Positions 8,939 through 17,766 of a DNA stretch of 64,000 nucleotides are shown here, in pieces. Source of the DNA: an uncultured delta proteobacterium (lineage in GTDB: Bacteria > Desulfobacterota > Desulfobacteria > Desulfobacterales > SG8-13); the NCBI GenBank assembly GCA_963848135.1, contig CAWKCK010000018.1, forward strand, positions 76,938 through 140,937, read 5' to 3'. A model generated the notes under the pieces. That model worked only from the letters and a program-made list of their open reading frames with translations. It ran no database searches and was not told the DNA's origin. Numbering within the stretch: position 1 is the stretch's first letter; each line of letters starts with the position of its first letter. A program made the translations under genes and the position numbers.

Positions 8939-9439
8939 TTGAAAATTGCCGTAAAAGCTAACGGCCCAAACCTTGATTCCCGCGTGAGTATGGAAGAAGA
9001 TATCGTTTTTTCTGAAACCGATATCAAGAATCTCACTCTGAGAAAGGCAGCCGTTTATGCTGGATTCACGGTTCTTTTGAATCAGGCCGGACTCGATTTT
9101 CCCATGGTCGATCGGGTGATCATTAGCGGTGGATTCGGTCGGTACCTTGGCATTGAAAAGGCCATTTCCATTGGCTTGCTGCCGGGTATCAAGCGAAACA
9201 GATTTCAATACCTTGGTAACAGCTCGATCGCCGGAGCCTATATGGCCTTGCTGTCTGACCACCACCGCAAGGAGGAGCGTGACATTTGCAACAATATGAC
9301 CTACATCGATTTCTCCAGTAATGTTAAATATATGGAGGAACTTACCTCGGCGATGTATTTACCCCATACAAACATGAATGCATTCCCCAGTGTCATTGTT
9401 GAGTCGACGATGTCAGATTCCCGTACGACATCGGCGTGA
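8939..9439 (+). pseudogene. Chimeric remnant: NifB/NifX N-terminus fused to C-terminal domain of ASKHA/RACo (DUF4445) corrinoid activator
   Basis: MKIAVKANGPNLDSRVS followed by DIVFSETDI..KAAVYAG..GGFGRYL..IGLLP..GNSSIAGA..AMYLPHT. Confidence 0.7.
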
Positions 9440-9585
9440 AGAACGGTGCGTATAATTATGTCAATACCAAAAAGTGACAAATCACTGATAGAAATTTACC
9501 CTTGAAACAACCATTAGAAATTATATCATAAATCCAGATAGAGCGTGGTCATGCAAATGGGTAATATTGAAGATGGCTAAGGGTT

Positions 9586-10167
9586 TTAATACTCAATGCC
9601 AGCCTGTGCTTTGATGCCCGCATTGTAGGGGTGCTTTAACTCTTTCATGTCAGTAACGAGATCGGCCATGTTCACAATGCGTTTGGGCGCGCTACGCCCA
9701 GTGAGAACGACATGCAAGTTCGATGGCCTGCCCAGCAGAATTTCGCTCAAATCTGCCTCTTTAATAAGACCAAAATCGATAGCCACCAATATTTCATCAA
9801 GTATAATCAGATCATATTCGGAGAGGGACAAAGCATTGCGGAAATAATCCAGTCCCTGCTCCGCGATGCAGATGTCCAGGGGCTCGCAGGTTCTTGAGTG
9901 GACGAACCCTTCACGCCCAAATCTTTTTATCTTGATAGGGAGCCTGAATTTTATCAATGCATTTATTTCACCGATATTCTCCTGTCCCTTCATGAATTGA
10001 ATAATGAGAACTGAGAGCCCCTGACCGGCGGCTCTCAGGGCAAGCCCAAAAGCAGCCGTTGTTTTCCCTTTTCCATTTCCGGTGAAAATGATGATAAAAC
10101 CGGAGGCAGCCTTTCGCAAAAAATCTATTGGGTGTGCATGCATGGTGTGTTTGGTTTTTTTTTGCAT
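9586..10167 (-). CDS. cobO: Cob(I)yrinic acid a,c-diamide adenosyltransferase (CobO/BtuR)
   Basis: TGNGKGKTTAAFG, QFMKG, LDEI, LTGR, C-terminal GIEY. Confidence 0.9.
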   Translation of the reverse strand: MQKKTKHTMHAHPIDFLRKAASGFIIIFTGNGKGKTTAAFGLALRAAGQGLSVLIIQFMKGQENIGEINALIKFRLPIKIKRFGREGFVHSRTCEPLDICIAEQGLDYFRNALSLSEYDLIILDEILVAIDFGLIKEADLSEILLGRPSNLHVVLTGRSAPKRIVNMADLVTDMKELKHPYNAGIKAQAGIEY

Positions 10168-10225
10168 CTATGGTGGTTTCAAATCGAAATGACGGTCACC
10201 GGGTGCGAAAAAACGGAATTGAATT

Positions 10226-10741
10226 TCAGCTGCGAGAGCATGGGGTGCAGACGGATTTGCCGTCCACGATTCTGGTTCGAGATTCCATTACGGATTCACC
10301 ACAGATGCTGCAAGAAACAGAATTTCTGATTGCGGCAGGAGCAGGTTCAGGTACTGCAACGAGGGTCACCGAGAGAATATCTTCCTGAGGAGCAGACAAT
10401 ATCCATTCGGTAAGTACATTTCGATCCTCGCCGATACTATCTGGCAAACCATCGATATTAAATACGACGCGAACGGCCTTTCCTAAGGATCGGGAATAAA
10501 TGGTGTATACGTGCTTTCCATAGTCGCTAAAAATGAGGTTCCCTTTACCGAAAGTGCAACCGGTGATGCACTGGAGCGCATCAACACCACATGCATCATT
10601 CTCGACAATTGAGACAATTTCCTCATCTTCTGATCGTGCTGTTTCGATAGCTTTCAGACCAGCCGAAGCCATTCTGTATCCGATGGCGAGCCCGGGGCAC
10701 TCATGTCCGTGAAATTCAACTATTTCATCATATGTAGCCAT
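10226..10741 (-). CDS. FmdE family protein with C-terminal zinc finger
   Basis: FHGHECPGLAIG, ACGVDALQ..GCTFGKGN, CxxC...CxxC. Confidence 0.85.
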   Translation of the reverse strand: MATYDEIVEFHGHECPGLAIGYRMASAGLKAIETARSEDEEIVSIVENDACGVDALQCITGCTFGKGNLIFSDYGKHVYTIYSRSLGKAVRVVFNIDGLPDSIGEDRNVLTEWILSAPQEDILSVTLVAVPEPAPAAIRNSVSCSICGESVMESRTRIVDGKSVCTPCSRS

Positions 10742-10874
10742 GTTATCGTTCGCTTCTAATTGCCAGATTTTGGTATAAGCGGATGCGATGAGGTAATAAG
10801 GGTCTCTTAAAAATATACCAGACACTGAAATCCCATCCACCTAAATGATGAAATCAGGCTTTAAGAAACTGCTA

Positions 10875-10894
10875 TTATGAGCATAATCCCATAA
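10875..10894. promoter_or_regulatory. Third copy of palindromic operator, upstream of fmdE-cobO
   Basis: TTATGAGCATAATCCCATAA, 17/20 match to consensus. Confidence 0.6.
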
Positions 10895-11101
10895 TTAGAA
10901 TTTCATCATAATTGTTTATTTGTCAATTCCACAGCGTGGTATAATTCTATTATATTAAAGGATAAAGTATAAATTACGTGCCTAAATCAGAAATATAGTA
11001 AAATTCCACATTTGATCTGCTAATCCAATCAACCGGTTGGTCGATTACAACTCCAACAATCCGTTTTTTCCATCCCAGCGCTTTTTTCACTGCGACTCAT
11101 G

Positions 11102-11150
11102 ATTAAAATAAGCGATTTCTGTGTGAGAATCTTTGGAATGATCTGTGTGA
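11102..11150. repeat. Right copy of 31-bp imperfect direct repeat plus second TCTGTGTGA motif
   Basis: 28/31 match to 4143-4173; TCTGTGTGA again at 11142. Confidence 0.8.
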
Positions 11151-11202
11151 TTCATTGACATCGTTGTAACTGTTTTAACTTTGTTCCTAAATCACATATA
11201 TC

Positions 11203-11592
11203 CTATTTGGCTGTAGAATATTTTGACACGATAACAACAGCCAATATTGCTAACACCATCCATATCCCAACAACGACGACAGCGGCGACTCTATTTACAG
11301 GATTGCCTTTGAGCATTATAACCTTTGCTTGTTCTCTGTATTCAGCAATCACTTCTTTAGGTATCATTTTCAGAGCGAGGTCAATGCCCACAGGAAGTAA
11401 TATTAGATCATCTATATATCCAAGAATGGGAATCGGGTCTGGAATTAAATCAATCGGGCTAAAGGCATATGCAACCACGCAAACAGTAAAAATACGTGCA
11501 TACCAAGGAACTCTTGGGTCTTTATATGCCAGGTAGAAAGTATAAACCTCTAATTTCAGAAGCCTTGCTCTATATTTCCATCTTTCAAGCAT
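11203..11592 (-). CDS. YkvA/DUF1232 family membrane protein
   Basis: YAFSPIDLIPD.IPILGYIDD motif. Confidence 0.9.
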   Translation of the reverse strand: MLERWKYRARLLKLEVYTFYLAYKDPRVPWYARIFTVCVVAYAFSPIDLIPDPIPILGYIDDLILLPVGIDLALKMIPKEVIAEYREQAKVIMLKGNPVNRVAAVVVVGIWMVLAILAVVIVSKYSTAK

Positions 11593-12009
11593 TGGGAAGT
11601 CATCTGATTTGATATTGATCAGCTAATTTTTACCTTGAGATCCTCCATTAAGAAAATATTAATTTCTGGCTGAATACACAATTAATTTAACCCCCGAGAT
11701 TCGAAACCTCCTTGACCAAGAACCATGTCAGTCCTACCTTTAAAAATATGATGGAACTCACATTGCAACCTCTACTGCCTCAACTCTCCATTCGATTCTT
11801 ATAGACCATCCCTGCACCGAAAGATAATACGCAGGCGCAACAGATCCCGACCCTATCCCCACAGGCAAGCTTCAAGCCATGAAAACAGGCCATCGAAAAT
11901 TACCCTTCTCAGGCCTCCGGAGAGTACTCGCGCTCCGGGGGCATGCTTGATCGTATAATTTCAAGCCATACAAATCTACGGAATATATTCAAACTAAGGA
12001 GGTCACACT

Positions 12010-12306
12010 ATGGGAAAATATCTACTGATCTGGAGCCTTAACAATGATCTCGTGCCAACCGATCCCAAGGAAAGAGCATCCGGTTGGGGTATGCTCATGA
12101 ATATGGTTAAACAAGATCTCAACACAGGCATCGCCAAGGACTGGGGGTCATTTCCCGGCGAAAACATGGGGTATTGTATTGTTGAAGGGAACCATTTGGA
12201 TGTCATGAAAATGACCCAACAGTACGCCCCCTATGTCGGATTTGAAGTTCATGCTGCGGCTTCAATTGATGATGTCGGAGAGCTCTTGAAGCATTTGTCA
12301 GGCTAA
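12010..12306 (+). CDS. Small conserved protein (DUF3303-like)
   Basis: AAGGAGG RBS, protein-like composition, downstream hairpin. Confidence 0.65.
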   Translation: MGKYLLIWSLNNDLVPTDPKERASGWGMLMNMVKQDLNTGIAKDWGSFPGENMGYCIVEGNHLDVMKMTQQYAPYVGFEVHAAASIDDVGELLKHLSG

Positions 12307-12314
12307 CTGTTAAA

Positions 12315-12340
12315 CAGGCAGGGCGCCGAGGTCCTGCCTG
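12315..12340 (+). terminator. Hairpin, probable terminator
   Basis: CAGGCAGGGC-GCCGAG-GTCCTGCCTG just after the stop codon; U-tract is weak. Confidence 0.5.
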
Positions 12341-12610
12341 ATCCATTTTGGTCCATTTGAAGATCATATCACCAAATAATACGCCCAGAAATAATCATCG
12401 TCTCAACACCTCTTTATTCCCCGCCATTCAAATCCTAAACTTGATTTATCATCTTGCCCATTTCCGTGCTTATCTCGTCGCATATTTGAATTACGATTCA
12501 AACACTTCAAATCACCATATTGTAATTTATTTTATATAGATATCCGCCCTTTCAATATCTTTTTCCCTTAATATTGTTTAATTACAAATAGTTAAAAAAA
12601 TTTCAAACTC

Positions 12611-12626
12611 CGGCACCATTATTGCT
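12611..12626 (+). promoter_or_regulatory. Sigma54 (-24/-12) promoter
   Basis: CGGCAC-CATTA-TTGCT with correct GG-N10-GC spacing; AT-rich IHF-like sequence upstream. Confidence 0.6.
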
Positions 12627-12732
12627 TTTTCATTTCTCAGTCCTTAAACCTGGAAAGTATTCAATTTTATGTGGCTCCTAATTTTTCACTGAGGCACACA
12701 GCTACAGCAAAATAGCTCAGAGTAATTACAGA

Positions 12733-13149
12733 ATGAAACGCGTCTTTCAAAACATATTAACAGTCATAATGCTCTCTTTGATGACGGCCTATGCATACGC
12801 GTACGATATGACTCTCGCCTGGGATCCAAACTTCGAAATGGATATTGTGAGTTACAACCTATATGTTAGTGCTGATGATTCCGAATCATACATTTTAGTC
12901 GATGAATTAACTCTTGATGATGTAGATCCAAACAATCCGCAATTCATGGTCACAAATATGGAGAGTGACGTCACCTACGATTTTGTGGTAACGGCTGTGA
13001 ATAATACTGGATTAGAGAGCGATTTTTCAAACGAAGTAACTGTGTTAAACGGTCAAGCTCTTGTTCCCGTTGGAAGTTCCGGTGGGAGTGACGGTGGTGG
13101 AGGTGGTTGTTTCATCTCAACGTCTTCGCGCGGAGCACGTATCAGGTAA
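12733..13149 (+). CDS. Secreted fibronectin type III protein with GGGGCFI C-terminal motif
   Basis: Signal peptide (AYA), LAWDPN..YNLY..YDFVVTAVN..GLESDFSNEV, tail GGGGGCFIST. Confidence 0.8.
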   Translation: MKRVFQNILTVIMLSLMTAYAYAYDMTLAWDPNFEMDIVSYNLYVSADDSESYILVDELTLDDVDPNNPQFMVTNMESDVTYDFVVTAVNNTGLESDFSNEVTVLNGQALVPVGSSGGSDGGGGGCFISTSSRGARIR

Positions 13150-13854
13150 TATGTGATCGTTTAGCCAAGATCGTACAAGACCTCGTATATAATCACAATT
13201 AATTCAGAGTCTTATCCCCTTCATTAAATTTCCGGCAAGACCGACCTCTGGCACCATTTGCCTACTTTTGCTTACAGTTTCAGTATCATACTGAAACCTA
13301 AAGTGAGCGTTTTAAATTATAAATGGAGAGGGAAATGCTTGAGTTATAAGGAATTCTATCATCGTTTGTTTTTAGATTTGAAACCCGTCGGGATTGCCGA
13401 TCTTGCCGCATCTACGGCGTCATATGCCATCCCGCATAGCTGACTATAGCGGAATGACATCTTCCTTGTAGCTGCGGCAACCTCGACAATCGCTCAAATT
13501 AGGTGAAACTGTTCTCGGTTTTATGCGAAAATCTCGTACCGGCATGTCGAATCCACGGCGCCAAGTAATTTTCAACCGGTAGGCTGTTATACAGCGGATC
13601 GTAACTGTTTGCGTGGTTCTTGCCTCATTTCATCCATTTTTAAATATCCATAAATTGTTGAATACTCTCGTTCGAACGCAGAATTCCCCAGGCTCATAAT
13701 TATTTGTTTAGTTGATTTCTTTCTGTTTAACCAGCGTTTAGCCATGTTTTCAGAATCGCGCAGTCAAGACACTTTCGCCTTAGATTTCTAACTTCGAGAG
13801 GTTAAATTTGCTATCGGCCAATGCAATGGCCATTATCTGTTTTGCGAACTCAAC

Positions 13855-13883
13855 TTGAATGCTTTTGCGTCGGTCTATATTAT
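13855..13883 (+). promoter_or_regulatory. Sigma70-type promoter
   Basis: TTGAAT-N17-TATTAT immediately before a GGAGG RBS. Confidence 0.5.
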
Positions 13884-13897
13884 TATGGAGGGTCTGA

Positions 13898-14305
13898 ATG
13901 AAAAAGCTTGCAAGGAAACTCAGCTTAATATTTGCAGCGGGCGCTTTAGGTGGCCTTATGAACAGTTTGGCTGTGTGGATTTTCGGAGAAATCGGGCTGA
14001 CATCGGCACTGGGAGTAAAAATAGCCCCTCAACTTTCCGCCGCTTGGTTATATCCTCGCATTATCTGGGGCGGAATCTGGGGATTGGTATTCCTACTCCC
14101 GCTCCTGCAAAATCGGTTCTTTTACAGAGGTCTATTTTTCAGTCTGGGTCCGACCATCGTGCAGCTTTTCATTGTCTTCCCCATGAAAGCAGGTAAAGGG
14201 GTGATGGGAATAGACCTCGGCCTGCTCACCCCCCTATTTGTAATTGTTTTCAATGCAATTTGGGGCCTTTCAGCGGCAATCTGGTTAAAGTGGACGAACC
14301 AATAG
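13898..14305 (+). CDS. Conserved four-TM membrane protein
   Basis: Hydrophobic helices, WLYPRIIWGGIWG, GGAGG RBS. Confidence 0.75.
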   Translation: MKKLARKLSLIFAAGALGGLMNSLAVWIFGEIGLTSALGVKIAPQLSAAWLYPRIIWGGIWGLVFLLPLLQNRFFYRGLFFSLGPTIVQLFIVFPMKAGKGVMGIDLGLLTPLFVIVFNAIWGLSAAIWLKWTNQ

Positions 14306-14378
14306 ATTCGCCGAACAATCACTTACCAGGCGTTCAGTCTCATCTCCCAATTCTGCCCTCTTAAGATATTATAATGTT

Positions 14379-14515
14379 GTCTGCCGTGAAGGAAGGTCAG
14401 GGGGCTCAGACGCACCTGTGGGTGACCCATTGAGGATGATGAGCCACCCAGCTTTAAGGAGGTCAGATGAAAAATTGATCATCTGAAGGTAGAAGGAATA
14501 TTCAACCTTCACCTA
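14379..14515. ncRNA. Candidate structured small RNA (four consecutive hairpins)
   Basis: Stems at 14379-14411, 14419-14450, 14463-14486 and 14484-14511; no ORF; strand unresolved. Confidence 0.4.
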
Positions 14516-14678
14516 CAAAATAACATATGCTCAAAACTGTATATTGCAAGCCCACACAAATCAGTGTGTCAGACAATGCACATTTCAAACTCAATATGCG
14601 CATTATTAGCATCTAGGGCACATGGGCATACCCGTCGCTGTATCGACCAATCGATACCGTCGCTATCCCGATTTACCT

Positions 14679-14707
14679 TTGACACTTACCGAACGGTCAA
14701 GTATACA
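14679..14707 (+). promoter_or_regulatory. Sigma70-type promoter for sui1/yciH
   Basis: TTGACA-N17-TATACA; overlaps a TTGAC-N12-GTCAA inverted repeat. Confidence 0.5.
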
Positions 14708-14756
14708 CTCTTCGCAAAGCCCTAATATTTTCTGTTTCAGTGATTGTCGTTCCGAT

Positions 14757-15125
14757 ATGAATAACTCCCGACTTGTATACTCAACCGATTCAGGACGTAT
14801 TTGTCCAAAGTGCCGGAAATCATCATCAAAATGCACTTGCAATAAGAAACGGACGAACACCGGGCCGCAGCTACACCCTAAATCAGACGGCATCATCCGA
14901 ATTCGACGTGAAACTAAGGGCCGGAAAGGCAAAACAGTGACAACGCTTTTGGGATTTGATCTCGACGATCACGCCCTTAAGGACTTGGCCAAAGACTTGA
15001 AGCAACATTGTGGAACGGGTGGATCTGTCAAAGACGGGATGATCGTCATTCAGGGCGATCATCGGGATAAAGTCAAAAGGTTTCTGGCCGCGCAAGGATA
15101 CAGGGGAAAATTGGCTGGCGGATAG
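14757..15125 (+). CDS. yciH: Translation initiation factor Sui1/YciH
   Basis: LVYSTD, CxxC..CxC, RETKGRKGKTVT, CGTGGSVKDG, IQGDHR. Confidence 0.92.
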   Translation: MNNSRLVYSTDSGRICPKCRKSSSKCTCNKKRTNTGPQLHPKSDGIIRIRRETKGRKGKTVTTLLGFDLDDHALKDLAKDLKQHCGTGGSVKDGMIVIQGDHRDKVKRFLAAQGYRGKLAGG

Positions 15126-15417
15126 GATTAACTTATATAATTCAGCCACAACTTCTGGTTGCAAATGATTTAATTATTCAAATACTTATAAATAGACGAG
15201 CGAATATCATTGCGCGGACCTCAAGCCTGATCATATGCAAATGATCAGGGTCTAATAAGATTAACACTTCCTGGAAAACTCGATATCACTGTCTTACGCA
15301 TCGGTTCCAAAAACTTATATGCCAGACAACATCCAGGCTTATTCAGAAAATAATTACCAGTTAAACGTTTCGGTTGAAAACTGAACCTTACTGGCAACAT
15401 AGAGGGAGATCTACCAA

Positions 15418-15900
15418 ATGGATCCAACAAATCTGCTATTAGGAAAGAAGGTCTTAATAGTTGATGATGAGACAGATATTCTTGATACCATGGAAGAAGT
15501 GCTCTTCATGTGTGAAGTAGATGTTGCACAAGATTTCGAGTCTGCCCAAAGGATGTTCGGAAAGAATAATTACGATGTGGCGGTCCTCGATATTATGGGT
15601 GTTGATGGCTATGAACTGTTGAAAATTGCTAACACAAAAAACATTCCGTCAGTCATACTAACCGCCCATGCTCTTAGTCCGGATAATTTTCAAAAATCCA
15701 TGCAGCTTGGTGCTCGGGCTTACATACCGAAAACGAAAATGGTTGAACTCGATGTGATTCTATCGGATGTATTCAAAGACAAAGACAAAAAAGCAGGCTC
15801 GCTGGGGAAATGGTTTGATCGGTTAAAAGGATACTATGATAAAAAATTTGGCCGCACCGATTGGTTAGAAAAGGACTCTATTGAAGATAGTGACAATTAA
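15418..15900 (+). CDS. Single-domain response regulator with C-terminal extension
   Basis: VLIVDDE, LDIMG (phospho-Asp), LTAH, YIPK. Confidence 0.88.
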   Translation: MDPTNLLLGKKVLIVDDETDILDTMEEVLFMCEVDVAQDFESAQRMFGKNNYDVAVLDIMGVDGYELLKIANTKNIPSVILTAHALSPDNFQKSMQLGARAYIPKTKMVELDVILSDVFKDKDKKAGSLGKWFDRLKGYYDKKFGRTDWLEKDSIEDSDN

Positions 15901-16087
15901 AAACATTATTTGATCCGATACAACATCTTGCGGAGAAAATATATGATTGATTTGCGGTTTTAAATCGAGAACTGGCCAGAGCTCGTTAAAACTCCACAAC
16001 CTCATCTGCAAATCGTTATTCTAATGATATTCTGAGGTAAACATTTTCAACTTTCAGCACCACATAGTACGATAAGAAAGAAAACAC

Positions 16088-17435
16088 ATGAGAACGTTGC
16101 TGAAAAACTCATCGGAAATTGCCATCAGATACCTGGAAGAAATCGGCAATCGCATGGTCGCCCCCTCCAGTGCAGCCATCGAGAGCATAGAACGTTTCAG
16201 AGAACCATTGCCCGAAATCTTCCATAAATCCTGAAAAGGTCATCCAGATGCTGGACGACATCGGTTCTCCCGCGACAATGTCTATGGCCGGGCCCCGCTT
16301 CTTTGGGTTTGTCATCGGCGGTTCATTGCCCACCGCGCTGGCTGCCAATTGGTTGGCTTCGGCTTGGGATCAAAACTCGGCTCTGTATCAAGTGACACCG
16401 GCGACAGCGCTAATCGAAGAGGTAGCGCTCGCGTGGCTGGTGGATCTGTTTGGTTTACCTGCAGACAGCGGGGGCGCCTTTGTCACCGGCGCAACGGTGG
16501 CCAACTTTACCGGCTTGGCCGCAGCGCGACACGACGTTCTCAATAAGGCCGACTGGAATGTCGAGGCCGACGGACTGTTCGGGGCCCCGCCGATATCGGT
16601 CATCGTCAGTGCAGAAGCGCACCCGACCCTTTTCAAGTCCCTGGGGATGCTCGGATTGGGTCGCAACCGGGTGATCCGGGTACCGGTGGACGGTCAGGGC
16701 CGCATGCGCGCGGATGCGTTTCCCCAAATTTCGGGGCCAACCATCGTATGCACACAGGCCGGCAATGTGAATACCGGCGCATTCGATCCGACCGGTAAGA
16801 TTTGCGATATCGCCCACGCAAACGGGGCCTGGGTGAACGTTGACGGTGCATTTGGCTTGTGGACAGCCACGACAACGCATTCAAACCTAACAGAGGGAAT
16901 CGAAAAAGCGGACTCCTGGGCCACAGATGCCCACAAATGGCTGAATGTTCCCTACGACAGTGGTATTACCCTGGTCCGCAACCCGCATGCCCTTCAAGCG
17001 GCGATGGCCATAACGGCCGAGTACCTTCCAACCGAATCGGCCGACAGAAACCCGTCGGATTTTACACCGGAACTCTCCCGTCGGGCAAGGGGGATTGAGG
17101 TCTGGGCCGCCTTGCGACAGCTGGGCCGCCAGGGTGTTGCAGATATGATCGAACGCTGCTGCCGCCATGCGCGGCGGTTTGCCGAGGTCCTCGGTGATGC
17201 CGGTTATAAAATTCTCAATGATGTGGTCCTGAATCAGGTTTTGGTTTCGTTTGGAAAGCCTGAAACCACCCACAAAGTAATCGAAGGTATCCAGAAAGAC
17301 GGTGTCTGCTGGTGCGGCAGCACCATCTGGCAGGATCATACGGCCATGCGCATCAGCGTTTCTTCCTGGGCCACCACGGATGCCGATGTCGAGATGAGTC
17401 TGGAATCGATGTTAAAGATTGCACGGAAATATTAA
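16088..17435 (+). pseudogene. Group II PLP-dependent (aromatic amino acid-type) decarboxylase with +1 frameshift near 16217
   Basis: N-terminus MRTLLKNSSEIAIRYL..EPLPE joins SSINPEKVIQMLDDIG if one A is removed; PRFFGFVIGG, DAHKWLNVPYD (PLP Lys). Confidence 0.8.
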
Positions 17436-17663
17436 ACTCCCCTGCAATCAGGCCTGAAAGTGATCCGTCACGTCGCTGCCGTACCATCCGGGAGACATTG
17501 ATCGAAGGTAATTAAACCTGTATTTTGATTCGCCTAAAATACACACCATTTAAACCCTGTCCGTATTGGTCAGAGAAAAAATATCCGTGGGTTTCTGTCA
17601 GATTTGGTTTCTATTCACCCCGTTACAGCTTAACAGCCCTCGCGGATATCCCACTCTTCACTA

Positions 17664-17747
17664 CCCGCAACTCGCTATCCATGACTCGCATCTCGTAACC
17701 CCCAACCCGCATCTCGAAACTCTCTTCTCTAATCCCGCGACCCGTAG
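17664..17747. repeat. Degenerate 7-bp tandem array (12 in-register units, consensus CYCGCAW)
   Basis: cccgcaa ctcgcta tccatga ctcgcat ctcgtaa cccccaa cccgcat ctcgaaa ctctctt ctctaat cccgcga cccgtag. Confidence 0.7.
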
Positions 17748-17766
17748 GGCGGTTCGGCTGGGTTCT

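Noticed and set aside
11640..11990. Possible gene remnant between ykvA and the DUF3303-like gene
   Set aside because: No recognisable protein motif in the frames I translated
14379..14515. Identification as 6S, SRP, tmRNA or a known riboswitch
   Set aside because: Lacks their diagnostic motifs and architecture; kept only as an unnamed candidate
14622..14756. Upstream extension of the Sui1 ORF
   Set aside because: Contains the promoter; family similarity begins at ATG 14757
16230..16240. TGA as selenocysteine or readthrough (also the ftsY TGA at 48059)
   Set aside because: Downstream homology continues in a different frame, so these are frameshifts rather than recoding
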